Shown: positions 1 to 8,921 of the stretch, piece after piece
How the letters are laid out: each line of letters begins with the position of its first letter
How positions within the stretch are numbered: the first letter of the stretch is position 1
NCBI GenBank assembly: GCA_038212275.1
Contig: JBBQUR010000016.1
Location: forward strand, 32,001-96,000
DNA from: Planctomycetota bacterium
GTDB taxonomy: Bacteria; Planctomycetota; B15-G4
Direction: 5' to 3'
Length of the DNA: 64,000 bases
Made by a program: the position numbers and the translations under genes
Notes under the pieces: generated by a model
Databases searched by the model: none
Seen by the model: only the letters and a program-made list of their open reading frames with translations
Told to the model about the DNA's origin: nothing

Positions 1-2
1 AC

Positions 3-812
3 TCGGCGGCCTTTGCGGCTCCCTTCGTGCTGCTCGCGATGTTTCCGGGCATGGTCGGCCGGCTGCCGGGGGCGGGCGGCTGGATGATCACGCTCAAGGC
101 GACGCTCGGCTTCATCGAGCTCATCGCGGCGCTGAAGTTCTTCAGCAATGCGGACCTGAGCTGGGACCTGCAGCTCCTGTCGCGGCCCGTGATGCTCATG
201 CTCGGCGTGCTGCTGTCCGCGGCCCTGGCGCTGTACCTCTTCGGCACCTACCGGCTGCCGCACGACGTGCCCGGGCGGCGACGCGTGCTCTCGCTCCGGA
301 CGCTGGCCGCGCTGCTCGCCGTGCTTCTCTGCCTCTATCTCGCGCGGGGACTGCCCGGCCACGAGCTGGACACCTGGACCGAGGCCTACCTGCCCGACCA
401 CGACTATGCGGCGGGTGTCGGCGGCGCGAGCCGGCCCTCGACCGGAGCCGGCGTGAACTGGGTGGAGGACTACCAAGAGGCCCGGAAACTCGCCGCTGCG
501 GAGAATCGGAATCTCTTCATCGACTTCACCGGCATCACCTGCGTCAACTGCCGCAAGGTGCAGAAGGCCATCTTCGACAAGTCGGATTTCGCACCGCTCA
601 TGGACCACGTCGTCCCGACAAAGCTGTACACGGACCGGAAGGGACCGCACGCGGCCGGCGACGCGGCCAACCAGCAGCTCATGGAAACCTTGGGTTCCGT
701 GACGCTGCCGCTCTACATCCTGATGTCCCCCGACGGAAAGGTGCTGAAGCACCGGGGCTATACGGCGGACATCTCGGTGACCGACTTCGCCACTTTCGTG
801 GAGGCCCCATGA
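3..812 (+). CDS. DsbD-family thiol:disulfide interchange protein, 5'-partial
   Basis: Frame open from the window edge; TM helices (RLPGAGGWMITLKATLGFIELIAALKF) then a thioredoxin-like domain FIDFTGITCVNCRKV with CxxC. Confidence 0.85.
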   Translation, partial: SAAFAAPFVLLAMFPGMVGRLPGAGGWMITLKATLGFIELIAALKFFSNADLSWDLQLLSRPVMLMLGVLLSAALALYLFGTYRLPHDVPGRRRVLSLRTLAALLAVLLCLYLARGLPGHELDTWTEAYLPDHDYAAGVGGASRPSTGAGVNWVEDYQEARKLAAAENRNLFIDFTGITCVNCRKVQKAIFDKSDFAPLMDHVVPTKLYTDRKGPHAAGDAANQQLMETLGSVTLPLYILMSPDGKVLKHRGYTADISVTDFATFVEAP

Positions 813-1462
813 GCAGCCCATCCCAGCCCGCCATGCCTGGCCGTGCGGCCCATGAAGGGCCCGAATCGACCTCGGCGCCGGTCAACGGCGGCCCGCTGCT
901 GCGCGTGGTGGACACACCCCGCATCGAGGCTGCCGTGCGCGAGATCCTGCAGGCCGTGGGGGAGGACCCGGACCGCGACGGCCTGCTGGGCACGCCCAAT
1001 CGGGTGGCCCGGATGTACGCCGAGATCCTGTCGGGGAACGAGGTGGACCCGGCGCGGCATCTGGCCGTGACCTTCGCCGAAGACCACCACGAAATGGTGC
1101 TGGTGAAGGACATTCCCTTCGAGTCGCTGTGCGAGCACCACATGATGCCGTTCCACGGCCGCGCGCATGTGGCCTACGTGCCGCAGGGCCGAATCGTCGG
1201 GCTGTCCAAGATTGCCCGCGTGGTGGAGGAGTACGCCCGGCGGCTCCAGGTGCAGGAGCGCCTGACCTCGCAGATCGCGGACCTCATCATGAACACGCTG
1301 GAGGCGCACGGTGTGGGCGTGGTGCTTGAGGCCACCCACACCTGCATGTCGATGCGGGGCATCCGCAAGCCGGGCGCCGTGATGGTGACCTCTGCCCTCC
1401 GCGGCACGTTCCGCAGCTGCCCCGAGACCCGCTCCGAGTTCATGAACATCATCAAGAGCTGA
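809..1462 (+). CDS. folE: GTP cyclohydrolase I
   Basis: GEDPDRDGLLGTPNRVA, SLCEHHMMPF, GLSKIAR, RLQVQERLT, HTCMSMRG; ATGA overlap with the upstream gene. Confidence 0.97.
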   Translation: MSSPSQPAMPGRAAHEGPESTSAPVNGGPLLRVVDTPRIEAAVREILQAVGEDPDRDGLLGTPNRVARMYAEILSGNEVDPARHLAVTFAEDHHEMVLVKDIPFESLCEHHMMPFHGRAHVAYVPQGRIVGLSKIARVVEEYARRLQVQERLTSQIADLIMNTLEAHGVGVVLEATHTCMSMRGIRKPGAVMVTSALRGTFRSCPETRSEFMNIIKS

Positions 1463-1591
1463 GCGACCGCCCGGGCCGGCGCGGGGCTGCCGCCGAGAGC
1501 CCGGAAGAATAATGCCTGCCCCGATGAGTTGCTGGAGACTCCAGCCGAGCTCAAGGTGATGACGCGCCGCGAGGTTGCTCGACGCACTTTC

Positions 1592-1654
1592 GCGAGCCTC
1601 GTTTCAGGCTCTGCGAGCATCGCTTCAGACTCTGCGAGCCTCGTTTCAGACACA
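1592..1654. repeat. 3 x 21-bp imperfect tandem repeat
   Basis: gcgagcctcgtttcaggctct / gcgagcatcgcttcagactct / gcgagcctcgtttcagacaca. Confidence 0.85.
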
Positions 1655-1703
1655 GGGCGGCACCGAAAGGCGCTGACTCTCGTGCATCCCGGCGCCTGGA
1701 GTG

Positions 1704-1739
1704 CCGGCGCCCCGACCGGCGCCCCGACCGGCGCCCCGA
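1704..1739. repeat. 3 x 12-bp perfect tandem repeat (ccggcgccccga)
   Basis: Read directly from the sequence. Confidence 0.9.
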
Positions 1740-1997
1740 TCGGGACCGGGGCCAGCTTCCCGGGACTGGCCGGTTCACCGCGACCAGAAAAACAGTTTGG
1801 GGCGCAACCTAGCCCGATGTCGGAAACCCGCCTATACTCCGCACGCGAAGCCAATTCGCTCCCCAACTGTCCTTGGCAGCTCGACTGGTCCCCGAAACCA
1901 GTCAGGCGACCCCGAACCATGCCAATGGCAGCGCGAAATGGCTTTCCGACGTGTGCGCCCGCTCTCCCTGCGTTCTCTCCCCTCCCGGAGTCCGCTG

Positions 1998-2549
1998 ATG
2001 AAATTCCCTCGTGCGGCACTGGTAGTGGCCGGACTTGCGCTGGTCACGGTTCCGCTTTTCGCAGCGGTGAAAGCGATGACGCTTTCCGAGCTCATGGAGC
2101 TCACCCAGGACACGGCCCTTGTGCACATCGTCGACAAGACGACCTTCACTTCGGACCTTCCGTTCGAGGGCGCCGTCTTCACGCGCCTCACCGTCAAGGG
2201 TGAGTCGCTGCGCACGGGGGACGAGGTCTCCACCCAGATCATCTTCCTGGGAAGCCACGATCCCGCAGACCACTTCGCGAGCAGCGAAATGCCGACGCTG
2301 CAGGACACGCGTGTCGGCGGCGACGCGATCCTGTTCCTGTACAGGGACGCCACGATGCCCGGCACGCCGTTCCGCGTGTCGAGCCACGCCGACGTGTATC
2401 GCGTGGAGCGCGCCTTCGGCACCGACGTCGTGATCGGCAAGGGCGAGGGCGCGGCGTTCACGGAAAACGTGCCGCTCGTCGTGGCGCGTGACCGCGTCCG
2501 CCAGACGGACGTCGCGCAGCGCGCCGCCAAGTCGCAGGCCGGAAAGTAG
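1998..2549 (+). CDS. Small secreted protein (183 aa), matrixin partner copy 1
   Basis: GGAG RBS, ATG 1998, signal peptide MKFPRAALVVAGLALVTVPLFA; paralog of 4559..5110 (KAMTL, FLGSHD, SEMPTxQDTRVGGDA, VVIGKGEG). Confidence 0.85.
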   Translation: MKFPRAALVVAGLALVTVPLFAAVKAMTLSELMELTQDTALVHIVDKTTFTSDLPFEGAVFTRLTVKGESLRTGDEVSTQIIFLGSHDPADHFASSEMPTLQDTRVGGDAILFLYRDATMPGTPFRVSSHADVYRVERAFGTDVVIGKGEGAAFTENVPLVVARDRVRQTDVAQRAAKSQAGK

Positions 2550-2556
2550 GGCTGCC

Positions 2557-4437
2557 ATGAAACTCGACACCCGCAATCTGCTGGCGATCGGTGGCCTTGC
2601 CGCGACGGCGCTCGTGGTGGCTGCCTTCTCGCTCCCGACGAGCACGGCCGCGTTCGCCACGCTCGGCGGCAGCCTCGGCACCGGTCAGCGCGACTTCCGC
2701 GTGTTCAACAACTTCTCCGACTCGACCGCGAACAACAACGTCACGCCGCACGTGAACTTCCCGGGACAGACCGGCGCCGTGATGGCCATCTGGAAGGCCG
2801 AGTCCGAGTGGGCCAGCGAGCCCGTCGGCGGCAACGGACTCGGAGACGGCATCTCCGGCAACCCGATCCTGGGCAGCGGCAACGCGAACTTCGACACGAT
2901 CTTCCAGGGAACGGCGACGTCGGCGGGCAACAGCAACGCCAACATCCACTCGGAGCTGACGGGCAGCGACGGCGGAGTGCTCGCCTTCACGCTGTCGCCG
3001 ATCAGCGATGGCTGGACCATCAAGTACTACTCGACGTGGACCTGGCAGGACGGCCCCGGCTCCGTGAGCTCGGGCATCGACATCCAGGGCGTGGCCTGCC
3101 ACGAGATCGGCCACTCGCTCGGGCTTGACCACTCCAATGCGTCGGGCACGCCGACGATGACGGCTTTCATCAGCGGCACAGGCACGAGCCAGCGTTCGAT
3201 CGAGTCCGACGACATCGCCGGACTCCAGTCGATCTATGGTGTGAAGTCGGCCGGCAAGCCGCACATCTCGTCGATTTCCGGCACCAAGCAGATCGGCCAG
3301 CCGCTCACGATCACCGGCACCAACTTCGCCGCGACCGGCGGCGAGGTCTGGTTCACCAAGTTGAACAGCGACGGCGCTCCCGCAAAAGTGACGAACGTCT
3401 CGTCCACCGGCGGCGGCACGTCGATCACCGTCACGATTCCGAACGGCGTGCAGGACGGAGAGGTGATGGTGAAGAACAACACCGACACCGACTCCAGCCT
3501 CTCGAATGCCTTCCCGATCGACACGAACGCCGCGAGCGGCAATCCGCCCAACGTCTTCAGCATCAGCCCGGGCTTCGGCTTCGCGGGCGGTTTCTCCACA
3601 GTGGCGATCACGGGTGTCGGTTTCACGGGCACCACGAGCGTGAAGTTCAACGACGCGGATGCGCTGGATTTCACCGTGAACAGCGACACGCTGATCACCG
3701 CGACGGCTCCGGGCGGACCGCTGTTCGGCCTTGCCGACGTCACGGTCACCGATGGTGACGGCGCCGCCACGCTGGCTTCGGCCTACTTCTTTACCTTCGA
3801 CCCGCTGGCGTCGATCTCCTCGGTCACGCCGAACTTCGGTCCGACCGCGGGCGGCACGCAGGTCTCGATCACCGGCACCTCCGTGATCGGCGTCACGAGC
3901 GTCACCTTCGGCGGCGTGCCGGGCACGCAGCTCGACGTGGTCAGCTCCACCGAGCTCACCGTGTTCACGCCGGCTGGCGTCGCAGGTCCCGTGGACGTGG
4001 TCGCGATCGCATCCAACCCTGCGACGATCGTCGCCGGCTTCTCGTACATGGATGAAGGCCTGTTCACCGTCTTCGGGACGGGCGTGCCGGGCCTCTCGGC
4101 GACGGCGCCGCAGCTCAACGGTGCGGGCGACCTCACGCCGGGCAGCGGCACGGGCTTCATGCTGTTGACCAGTGGCGCGGCTCCTCTCGCGCCGGCCGCC
4201 CTGTTCGTCAGCCTCGTGCAGGGCAACGTGCCCTTCAAGGGCGGCACGATCTACACCTTCCCGATCCTGCTGGACATCAGCCTGATCACCAGCGCCTCCG
4301 GCACCATCAGCTTGCCCGCCCAGATTCCGGCGGGCACCCCGACGGCAACGAATTTCTTCCTGCAATGCTGGGTGCAGGATGCCGGCGCCGTGCACGGCAT
4401 CGCATCCACGAACGGCCTTCAGGTGACCACGCCTTGA
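2557..4437 (+). CDS. Secreted matrixin (M10/MMP-like) metalloprotease with IPT/TIG repeats and shared C-terminal module, copy 1
   Basis: Signal peptide; HEIGHSLGLDH zinc motif; Met-turn (PTM); DDIAGLQSIYG helix; three IPT/TIG-like repeats (e.g. SVTPNFGPTAGGTQVSITGT). Confidence 0.9.
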   Translation: MKLDTRNLLAIGGLAATALVVAAFSLPTSTAAFATLGGSLGTGQRDFRVFNNFSDSTANNNVTPHVNFPGQTGAVMAIWKAESEWASEPVGGNGLGDGISGNPILGSGNANFDTIFQGTATSAGNSNANIHSELTGSDGGVLAFTLSPISDGWTIKYYSTWTWQDGPGSVSSGIDIQGVACHEIGHSLGLDHSNASGTPTMTAFISGTGTSQRSIESDDIAGLQSIYGVKSAGKPHISSISGTKQIGQPLTITGTNFAATGGEVWFTKLNSDGAPAKVTNVSSTGGGTSITVTIPNGVQDGEVMVKNNTDTDSSLSNAFPIDTNAASGNPPNVFSISPGFGFAGGFSTVAITGVGFTGTTSVKFNDADALDFTVNSDTLITATAPGGPLFGLADVTVTDGDGAATLASAYFFTFDPLASISSVTPNFGPTAGGTQVSITGTSVIGVTSVTFGGVPGTQLDVVSSTELTVFTPAGVAGPVDVVAIASNPATIVAGFSYMDEGLFTVFGTGVPGLSATAPQLNGAGDLTPGSGTGFMLLTSGAAPLAPAALFVSLVQGNVPFKGGTIYTFPILLDISLITSASGTISLPAQIPAGTPTATNFFLQCWVQDAGAVHGIASTNGLQVTTP

Positions 4438-4558
4438 TCGGCCGACTGCGGAATTGCCGAACGGTTGGCGCGTTCGACAAGACCGTGCTCTCCCTCTCCC
4501 CCTCAGTTCCGCCAATCCCGACTTCTCTTCCTCAATTTCGTATCCACGGAGATCATCC

Positions 4559-5110
4559 ATGAAAATTCTCAAGGCCGCGGCCGTGCTGCTTGGCGTAGCG
4601 CTCGTCGCGATTCCCGCAGGTGCCGCCATCAAGGCGATGACCCTGGCGGAGGCGATGGAGATCAACTCCGACGTCCTGCACGGTCGCATCATGTCCAAGA
4701 CGACGGTGAAGACCGACAGGCCGCTCGAGGGCATGGTCTACACGCACATCACCGTGGAGGGCGAGTCGCTCACCACGGGCGAGAAGGTCACCAAGGAGCT
4801 CGTGTTCCTCGGCAGCCACGACACGAAGGACAACTACGGCACGAGCGAGATGCCCACGCAGCAGGACACGCGCGTCGGCGGCGATGCCCTCATCATGTAC
4901 TCGCATGACGAGTCCGGCGCCACGCCGGTGGATCGCGTCTCCGATTTCTCGGCGGTCTATCGCGTCGAGCTCGCCTTCGGCGAGCCCGTCGTCATCGGCA
5001 AGGGCGAGGGCTTCGCCTTCCCCGAGAACGTGAAGCTCGCCGAGGCCCGCACGCGGGTCCTCAAGGCTCACGCTGACATCATGGCTGCCAAGACCAAGGC
5101 CGGAAAGTAA
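4559..5110 (+). CDS. Small secreted protein (183 aa), matrixin partner copy 2
   Basis: GGAG RBS, ATG 4559, signal peptide MKILKAAAVLLGVALVAIPAGA; paralog of 1998..2549. Confidence 0.85.
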   Translation: MKILKAAAVLLGVALVAIPAGAAIKAMTLAEAMEINSDVLHGRIMSKTTVKTDRPLEGMVYTHITVEGESLTTGEKVTKELVFLGSHDTKDNYGTSEMPTQQDTRVGGDALIMYSHDESGATPVDRVSDFSAVYRVELAFGEPVVIGKGEGFAFPENVKLAEARTRVLKAHADIMAAKTKAGK

Positions 5111-5118
5111 AGGAACAC

Positions 5119-6993
5119 ATGAAGACCATCACACAGACTCTTCTCGCAGCTGGCAGCCTCGCTGCAGTGGCCGCAGTGCTTGGCGCGCTGTCGCTCCCCA
5201 CGAGTACGGCGGCTTTCACCGTCATCGGCGGCAGCCTCGGCACCGGCCAGCGCGACTTCCGCGTCTGGAACAATTTCACGGACACGCAGGCGAACAACAA
5301 CACGTCGCCTCACGTGAATTTCCCGGGCCAGACCGGCGCCGTCATGGCGATCTGGAAGGGCGCGGCCGAGTGGGCCAGCCAGCCTGTTGGCGGCACCGGC
5401 ACGGGTGACACGGGCGGCAGCAATCCCGTGATCGGAAGCGGCGGCGCCAACCTGGATCTCAACTTCCAGGGGCTCGCCTCGAGCGCCGGATCCACCAACC
5501 AGAACATCCACTCCGAGCTGTCAGGCAGCAGCGGTGGCGTCCTCGCGTTCACCGAGACGCCCATCAGCGACGGCTGGAGAATCCTCTACTACTCGTCGTG
5601 GACCTGGCAGGACGGTCCCGGCAGCGTGGGCTCGGGCATCGACCTGCAGGGCGTGGCCTGCCACGAGATCGGCCACTCCACGGGACTCGGCCACTCGAAC
5701 ACCGGGGGCGCGACGATGTTCGCATCCATCAGCGGCACGGGTGTCGGTCAGCGCTCGATCGAGGCGGACGACATCGCGGGCGTGCAGTCGATCTACGGTG
5801 TGAAGTCGGCCTCGAAGCCGACGATCACCTCGATTGCCGGCGACAAGAACATCGGCGCCAACCTGATCATCAACGGCACCAACTTCTCCGCGACCGGCGG
5901 CGAGGTCTGGTTCACCAGGACGGCCGCCGACGGCACTCCGGTGAAGGTCACGGGAGTGGCTTCCACGGGCGGCGGCACGCAGATCACGGTCACCATCCCG
6001 TCGGGGGTGATGGACGGCGAGGTCATGGTGAAGACGAGCGGGAGCGGCAACACCAGCCTCTCGAATGCCTTCCCGATCGATCTCGGCGCGCCGGCCGGCG
6101 ATCCGCCGAACGTGAGCTCGATCGTCCCGAACGTGGGTTCGATGGGCGGCTTCACGTCTGTCCAGATCCTCGGGACGGGCTTCACGGGCACGACGGCCGT
6201 GAAGTTCGACGGCGTGGATGCGATCTCGTTCACGGTAGACAGCAACGTCCAGATCTCGGCGGTCACGCCGCCTGGCACGCTGTTCGCCGCGGCGGACGTG
6301 CTCGTCGTCGATGGGGAGGGCAGCTCAACCCTTCCCACGGCGTTCATCTACACGTTCAACCCGCAGATTTCCGTCTCGACGGTGCTTCCGAACAGCGGTG
6401 CGCTCACGGGCGGCACGGAAGTCACGATCAGCGGGACCTCGGTGGTCGGCGCCAACACCGTCACGTTTGACGGCGTGCCCGGCATCAACGTGGAGGTCAT
6501 CAGTGCGACGAGCCTGACGGTCACGACCCCGGCGGGCCTCGCGGGTCCGGCGGACGTGGTCGTCAGCGGGAGCAGCATGTCGACGATCGTCGGCGGCTTC
6601 ACCTACGTCAACTTCGGAACCTTCACGGACGTCGGTCCGGGTTTCGGAAGCATCATCGGAGCACCCAGCATGACCGGCGCAGGCGATCTGACGCCCGGCA
6701 GCGGGACGGGCTTCACGCTGACCACGACGAACACCTTCCCGTTCTCGTTGGCGGCGACGTTCGTGAGCCTCAACCTGAGTGCCGTGCCCTTCAAGGGCGG
6801 CACGTTCTATCCGTTGCCGATCCTGCTCCAGATCGACCTCGTCACGGATTCGTCCGGCACGATCGTCCTGCCGGGGCAGATCCCGGTGGGCGTGCCGTCG
6901 GGCGCGAACGTGTACATGCAGACCCTGGTTTCGGACTTCCTCGCGCCCAAGGGCCTGAGTGGAAGCAATGCGCTGAGGCTCACGACGCCGTGA
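5119..6993 (+). CDS. Secreted matrixin metalloprotease with IPT/TIG repeats and shared C-terminal module, copy 2
   Basis: AAGGA RBS; HEIGHSTGLGH; ATM Met-turn; DDIAGVQSIYG; collinear with 2557..4437. Confidence 0.9.
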   Translation: MKTITQTLLAAGSLAAVAAVLGALSLPTSTAAFTVIGGSLGTGQRDFRVWNNFTDTQANNNTSPHVNFPGQTGAVMAIWKGAAEWASQPVGGTGTGDTGGSNPVIGSGGANLDLNFQGLASSAGSTNQNIHSELSGSSGGVLAFTETPISDGWRILYYSSWTWQDGPGSVGSGIDLQGVACHEIGHSTGLGHSNTGGATMFASISGTGVGQRSIEADDIAGVQSIYGVKSASKPTITSIAGDKNIGANLIINGTNFSATGGEVWFTRTAADGTPVKVTGVASTGGGTQITVTIPSGVMDGEVMVKTSGSGNTSLSNAFPIDLGAPAGDPPNVSSIVPNVGSMGGFTSVQILGTGFTGTTAVKFDGVDAISFTVDSNVQISAVTPPGTLFAAADVLVVDGEGSSTLPTAFIYTFNPQISVSTVLPNSGALTGGTEVTISGTSVVGANTVTFDGVPGINVEVISATSLTVTTPAGLAGPADVVVSGSSMSTIVGGFTYVNFGTFTDVGPGFGSIIGAPSMTGAGDLTPGSGTGFTLTTTNTFPFSLAATFVSLNLSAVPFKGGTFYPLPILLQIDLVTDSSGTIVLPGQIPVGVPSGANVYMQTLVSDFLAPKGLSGSNALRLTTP

Positions 6994-7047
6994 TGGCGTC
7001 GTGATCCGGGAGTCCCGCGCGCCCCGGGCGCGTCGGACTGCCAGTGG

Positions 7048-7085
7048 GCGAGGCCCGTCCTTCCTGAGGGAAGGGCGGGCCTCGC
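7048..7085 (+). terminator. Terminator-like hairpin after the matrixin cluster
   Basis: gcgaggcccgtccttcc-tgag-ggaagggcgggcctcgc: 17-bp stem with one G-U pair and a 4-nt loop; no U-tract. Confidence 0.6.
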
Positions 7086-7285
7086 TCCATGTCGGGGCTC
7101 GTCGCGGCACATGCACGGGGCTACGCACGGGACACGCACGTCGTGCGCCGGACATCGGCGCACGCAGCGCCCGGTGAAGTGCTTGCGCGCCCCTTGCTGC
7201 ACGCACGCAGCAGGCCTGCCGCCTTGCACGGGAAGTGCCAATCCCTATAGTGCCGGCTGCGTCCGGACCCCGCGCGGAGAACTCC

Positions 7286-7681
7286 GTGTTCCTGAGCTAC
7301 CACGCCGTTCTCGTGTTCCTGATCACGGGCATGGCCATGGTGTGTACGCCGATGATTCTCGGCGTGCTCTTCCGCCCGCGGAATCCCTACCCGGCGAAGA
7401 CCATGGCCTACGAATGCGCCGAGGATCCGGTGGGCGACGCCCAGATCCGCTTCGACATGCGCTTCTACTCGGCCGCGCTGATTTTCATCATTTTTGACGT
7501 GGAAATCGCCTTCATGTTCCCTTGGGCGCTTGTCTTCCAAGGCTTCCATGACCGCTGGCTGGCACTCGCGGAAGGGGTGGCGTTCATCGCGATCCTCTTC
7601 CTCGGCCTGGTCTACGTCTGGGTCAAGGGCGACGTGGACTGGGTCAAGACCTTCCGCCACCGTCGACGGGTGCAGGGCTGA
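7286..7681 (+). CDS. nuoA: NADH-quinone oxidoreductase subunit A
   Basis: KTMAYECAEDP, FYSAALIFIIFDVEIAFMFPW; GTG start after GGAGA; TATAGT at 7246. Confidence 0.93.
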   Translation: MFLSYHAVLVFLITGMAMVCTPMILGVLFRPRNPYPAKTMAYECAEDPVGDAQIRFDMRFYSAALIFIIFDVEIAFMFPWALVFQGFHDRWLALAEGVAFIAILFLGLVYVWVKGDVDWVKTFRHRRRVQG

Positions 7682-7684
7682 GCC

Positions 7685-8209
7685 ATGGGCATTCTGAACA
7701 ACGCGCTTCCTGACATCGCACCGGTCCGCGCCGTGGATGCGGCCGTCGGCTGGGGACGCGGCTCGTCGCTGTGGCCGATGACCTTCGGCATCGCGTGCTG
7801 CGCCATCGAGATGATGGCCGTGTACGCGGCCACCTTCGACCTCGATCGCTTCGGAGCCGGCGTGCCGCGCGCAACACCGCGCCAGAGCGACCTCATCATC
7901 GTGCCGGGCACCGTGAACGCCAAGATGGCCGTGCGCGTGCGCCGCCTCTGGGACCAGATGGCCGAGCCGCGCTACGTGATCGCGATGGGAGCGTGCGTGT
8001 GCGGCGGCGGACCTTATGTGAAGTGGGGCTACAACACGGTGAAGGGCGTCCACAAGATCATTCCCGTCGACATCTTCGTGCCCGGCTGCCCGCCGCGCCC
8101 CGAAGCACTGATGGATGGCATCCTCAAACTGCGCGAGAACGTCACGCGCGAGGCGGTCTTCGCGCGCCGTGAAGCCACGGCGCGGATCCTGGACGCCCGC
8201 GGCGGCTGA
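7685..8209 (+). CDS. nuoB: NADH-quinone oxidoreductase subunit B
   Basis: [28 protein letters not shown] (cluster N2 ligands). Confidence 0.97.
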   Translation: MGILNNALPDIAPVRAVDAAVGWGRGSSLWPMTFGIACCAIEMMAVYAATFDLDRFGAGVPRATPRQSDLIIVPGTVNAKMAVRVRRLWDQMAEPRYVIAMGACVCGGGPYVKWGYNTVKGVHKIIPVDIFVPGCPPRPEALMDGILKLRENVTREAVFARREATARILDARGG

Positions 8210-8216
8210 TCGCGCA

Positions 8217-8921
8217 ATGAACGAACAACAGCTGCACGCCAAACTGCTGGCCTCCGGCCTGCCCGGGATAGGGGAGCTGGACACGTCCGCGAGGGATCCG
8301 TTCGTCCGCGTGGACGCCGGCTCGATCGTCGCCGTGTTGACCTTCCTGCGCGACGACCACGATTGCCGCATGGAGATGCTGCACAACCTGACCGCCGTGG
8401 AGCGGCCCGACGCGATCGAGCTCGTCTACCACGTGTGTTCGCTGGCGCGTCACCACGCGCTCACCGTGAAACTGAGCTGCCCGCGCCCGGATGGTGGCAA
8501 TCACGACACGTGGATCCCCGAGGTGCCGTCCGTGGCCGGCGTGTACAGCGCCGCCAACTGGCACGAGCGCGAGCAATGGGATCTCCTGGGCGTGCGCTTC
8601 GCGGGCCATCCCGACCACAGGCGCATCCTGCTGCCCGAGGAATGGATCGGCCACCCGCTCCGCAAGGACTACGTCTACCCGACGTGGCACGACGGCATCC
8701 CGCTCGAGCTCGATGCGATCCCGCTGTACGAGCCGGGTGGCGGGCAGGCTGCGGCCGAGGCTGCGGCGGCGTCGGCTGCCGGTGCGGCGGGTGCCGCCGC
8801 CAAAGCTCCGCGCAAGGCGGGTGAGCCGCTGTTCCAGCCGCCGGCGCCGCTGAGCACGCGTCCGCTCGCGCCGGGCGGCAAGACGACGGACACGCCCGCG
8901 TCCGAGCTGGGGTCGCACTGA
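8217..8921 (+). CDS. nuoC: NADH-quinone oxidoreductase subunit C with Ala/Pro-rich tail
   Basis: ANWHEREQWDLLGVRFAGHPDHRRILLPEEWIGHPLRKDY. Confidence 0.95.
   Translation: MNEQQLHAKLLASGLPGIGELDTSARDPFVRVDAGSIVAVLTFLRDDHDCRMEMLHNLTAVERPDAIELVYHVCSLARHHALTVKLSCPRPDGGNHDTWIPEVPSVAGVYSAANWHEREQWDLLGVRFAGHPDHRRILLPEEWIGHPLRKDYVYPTWHDGIPLELDAIPLYEPGGGQAAAEAAAASAAGAAGAAAKAPRKAGEPLFQPPAPLSTRPLAPGGKTTDTPASELGSH

Noticed and set aside
1529..2203. ORFs 1529-2203 and 1174-2019 as genes
   Set aside because: They overlap folE or the 1998 gene and are composed largely of tandem repeats.
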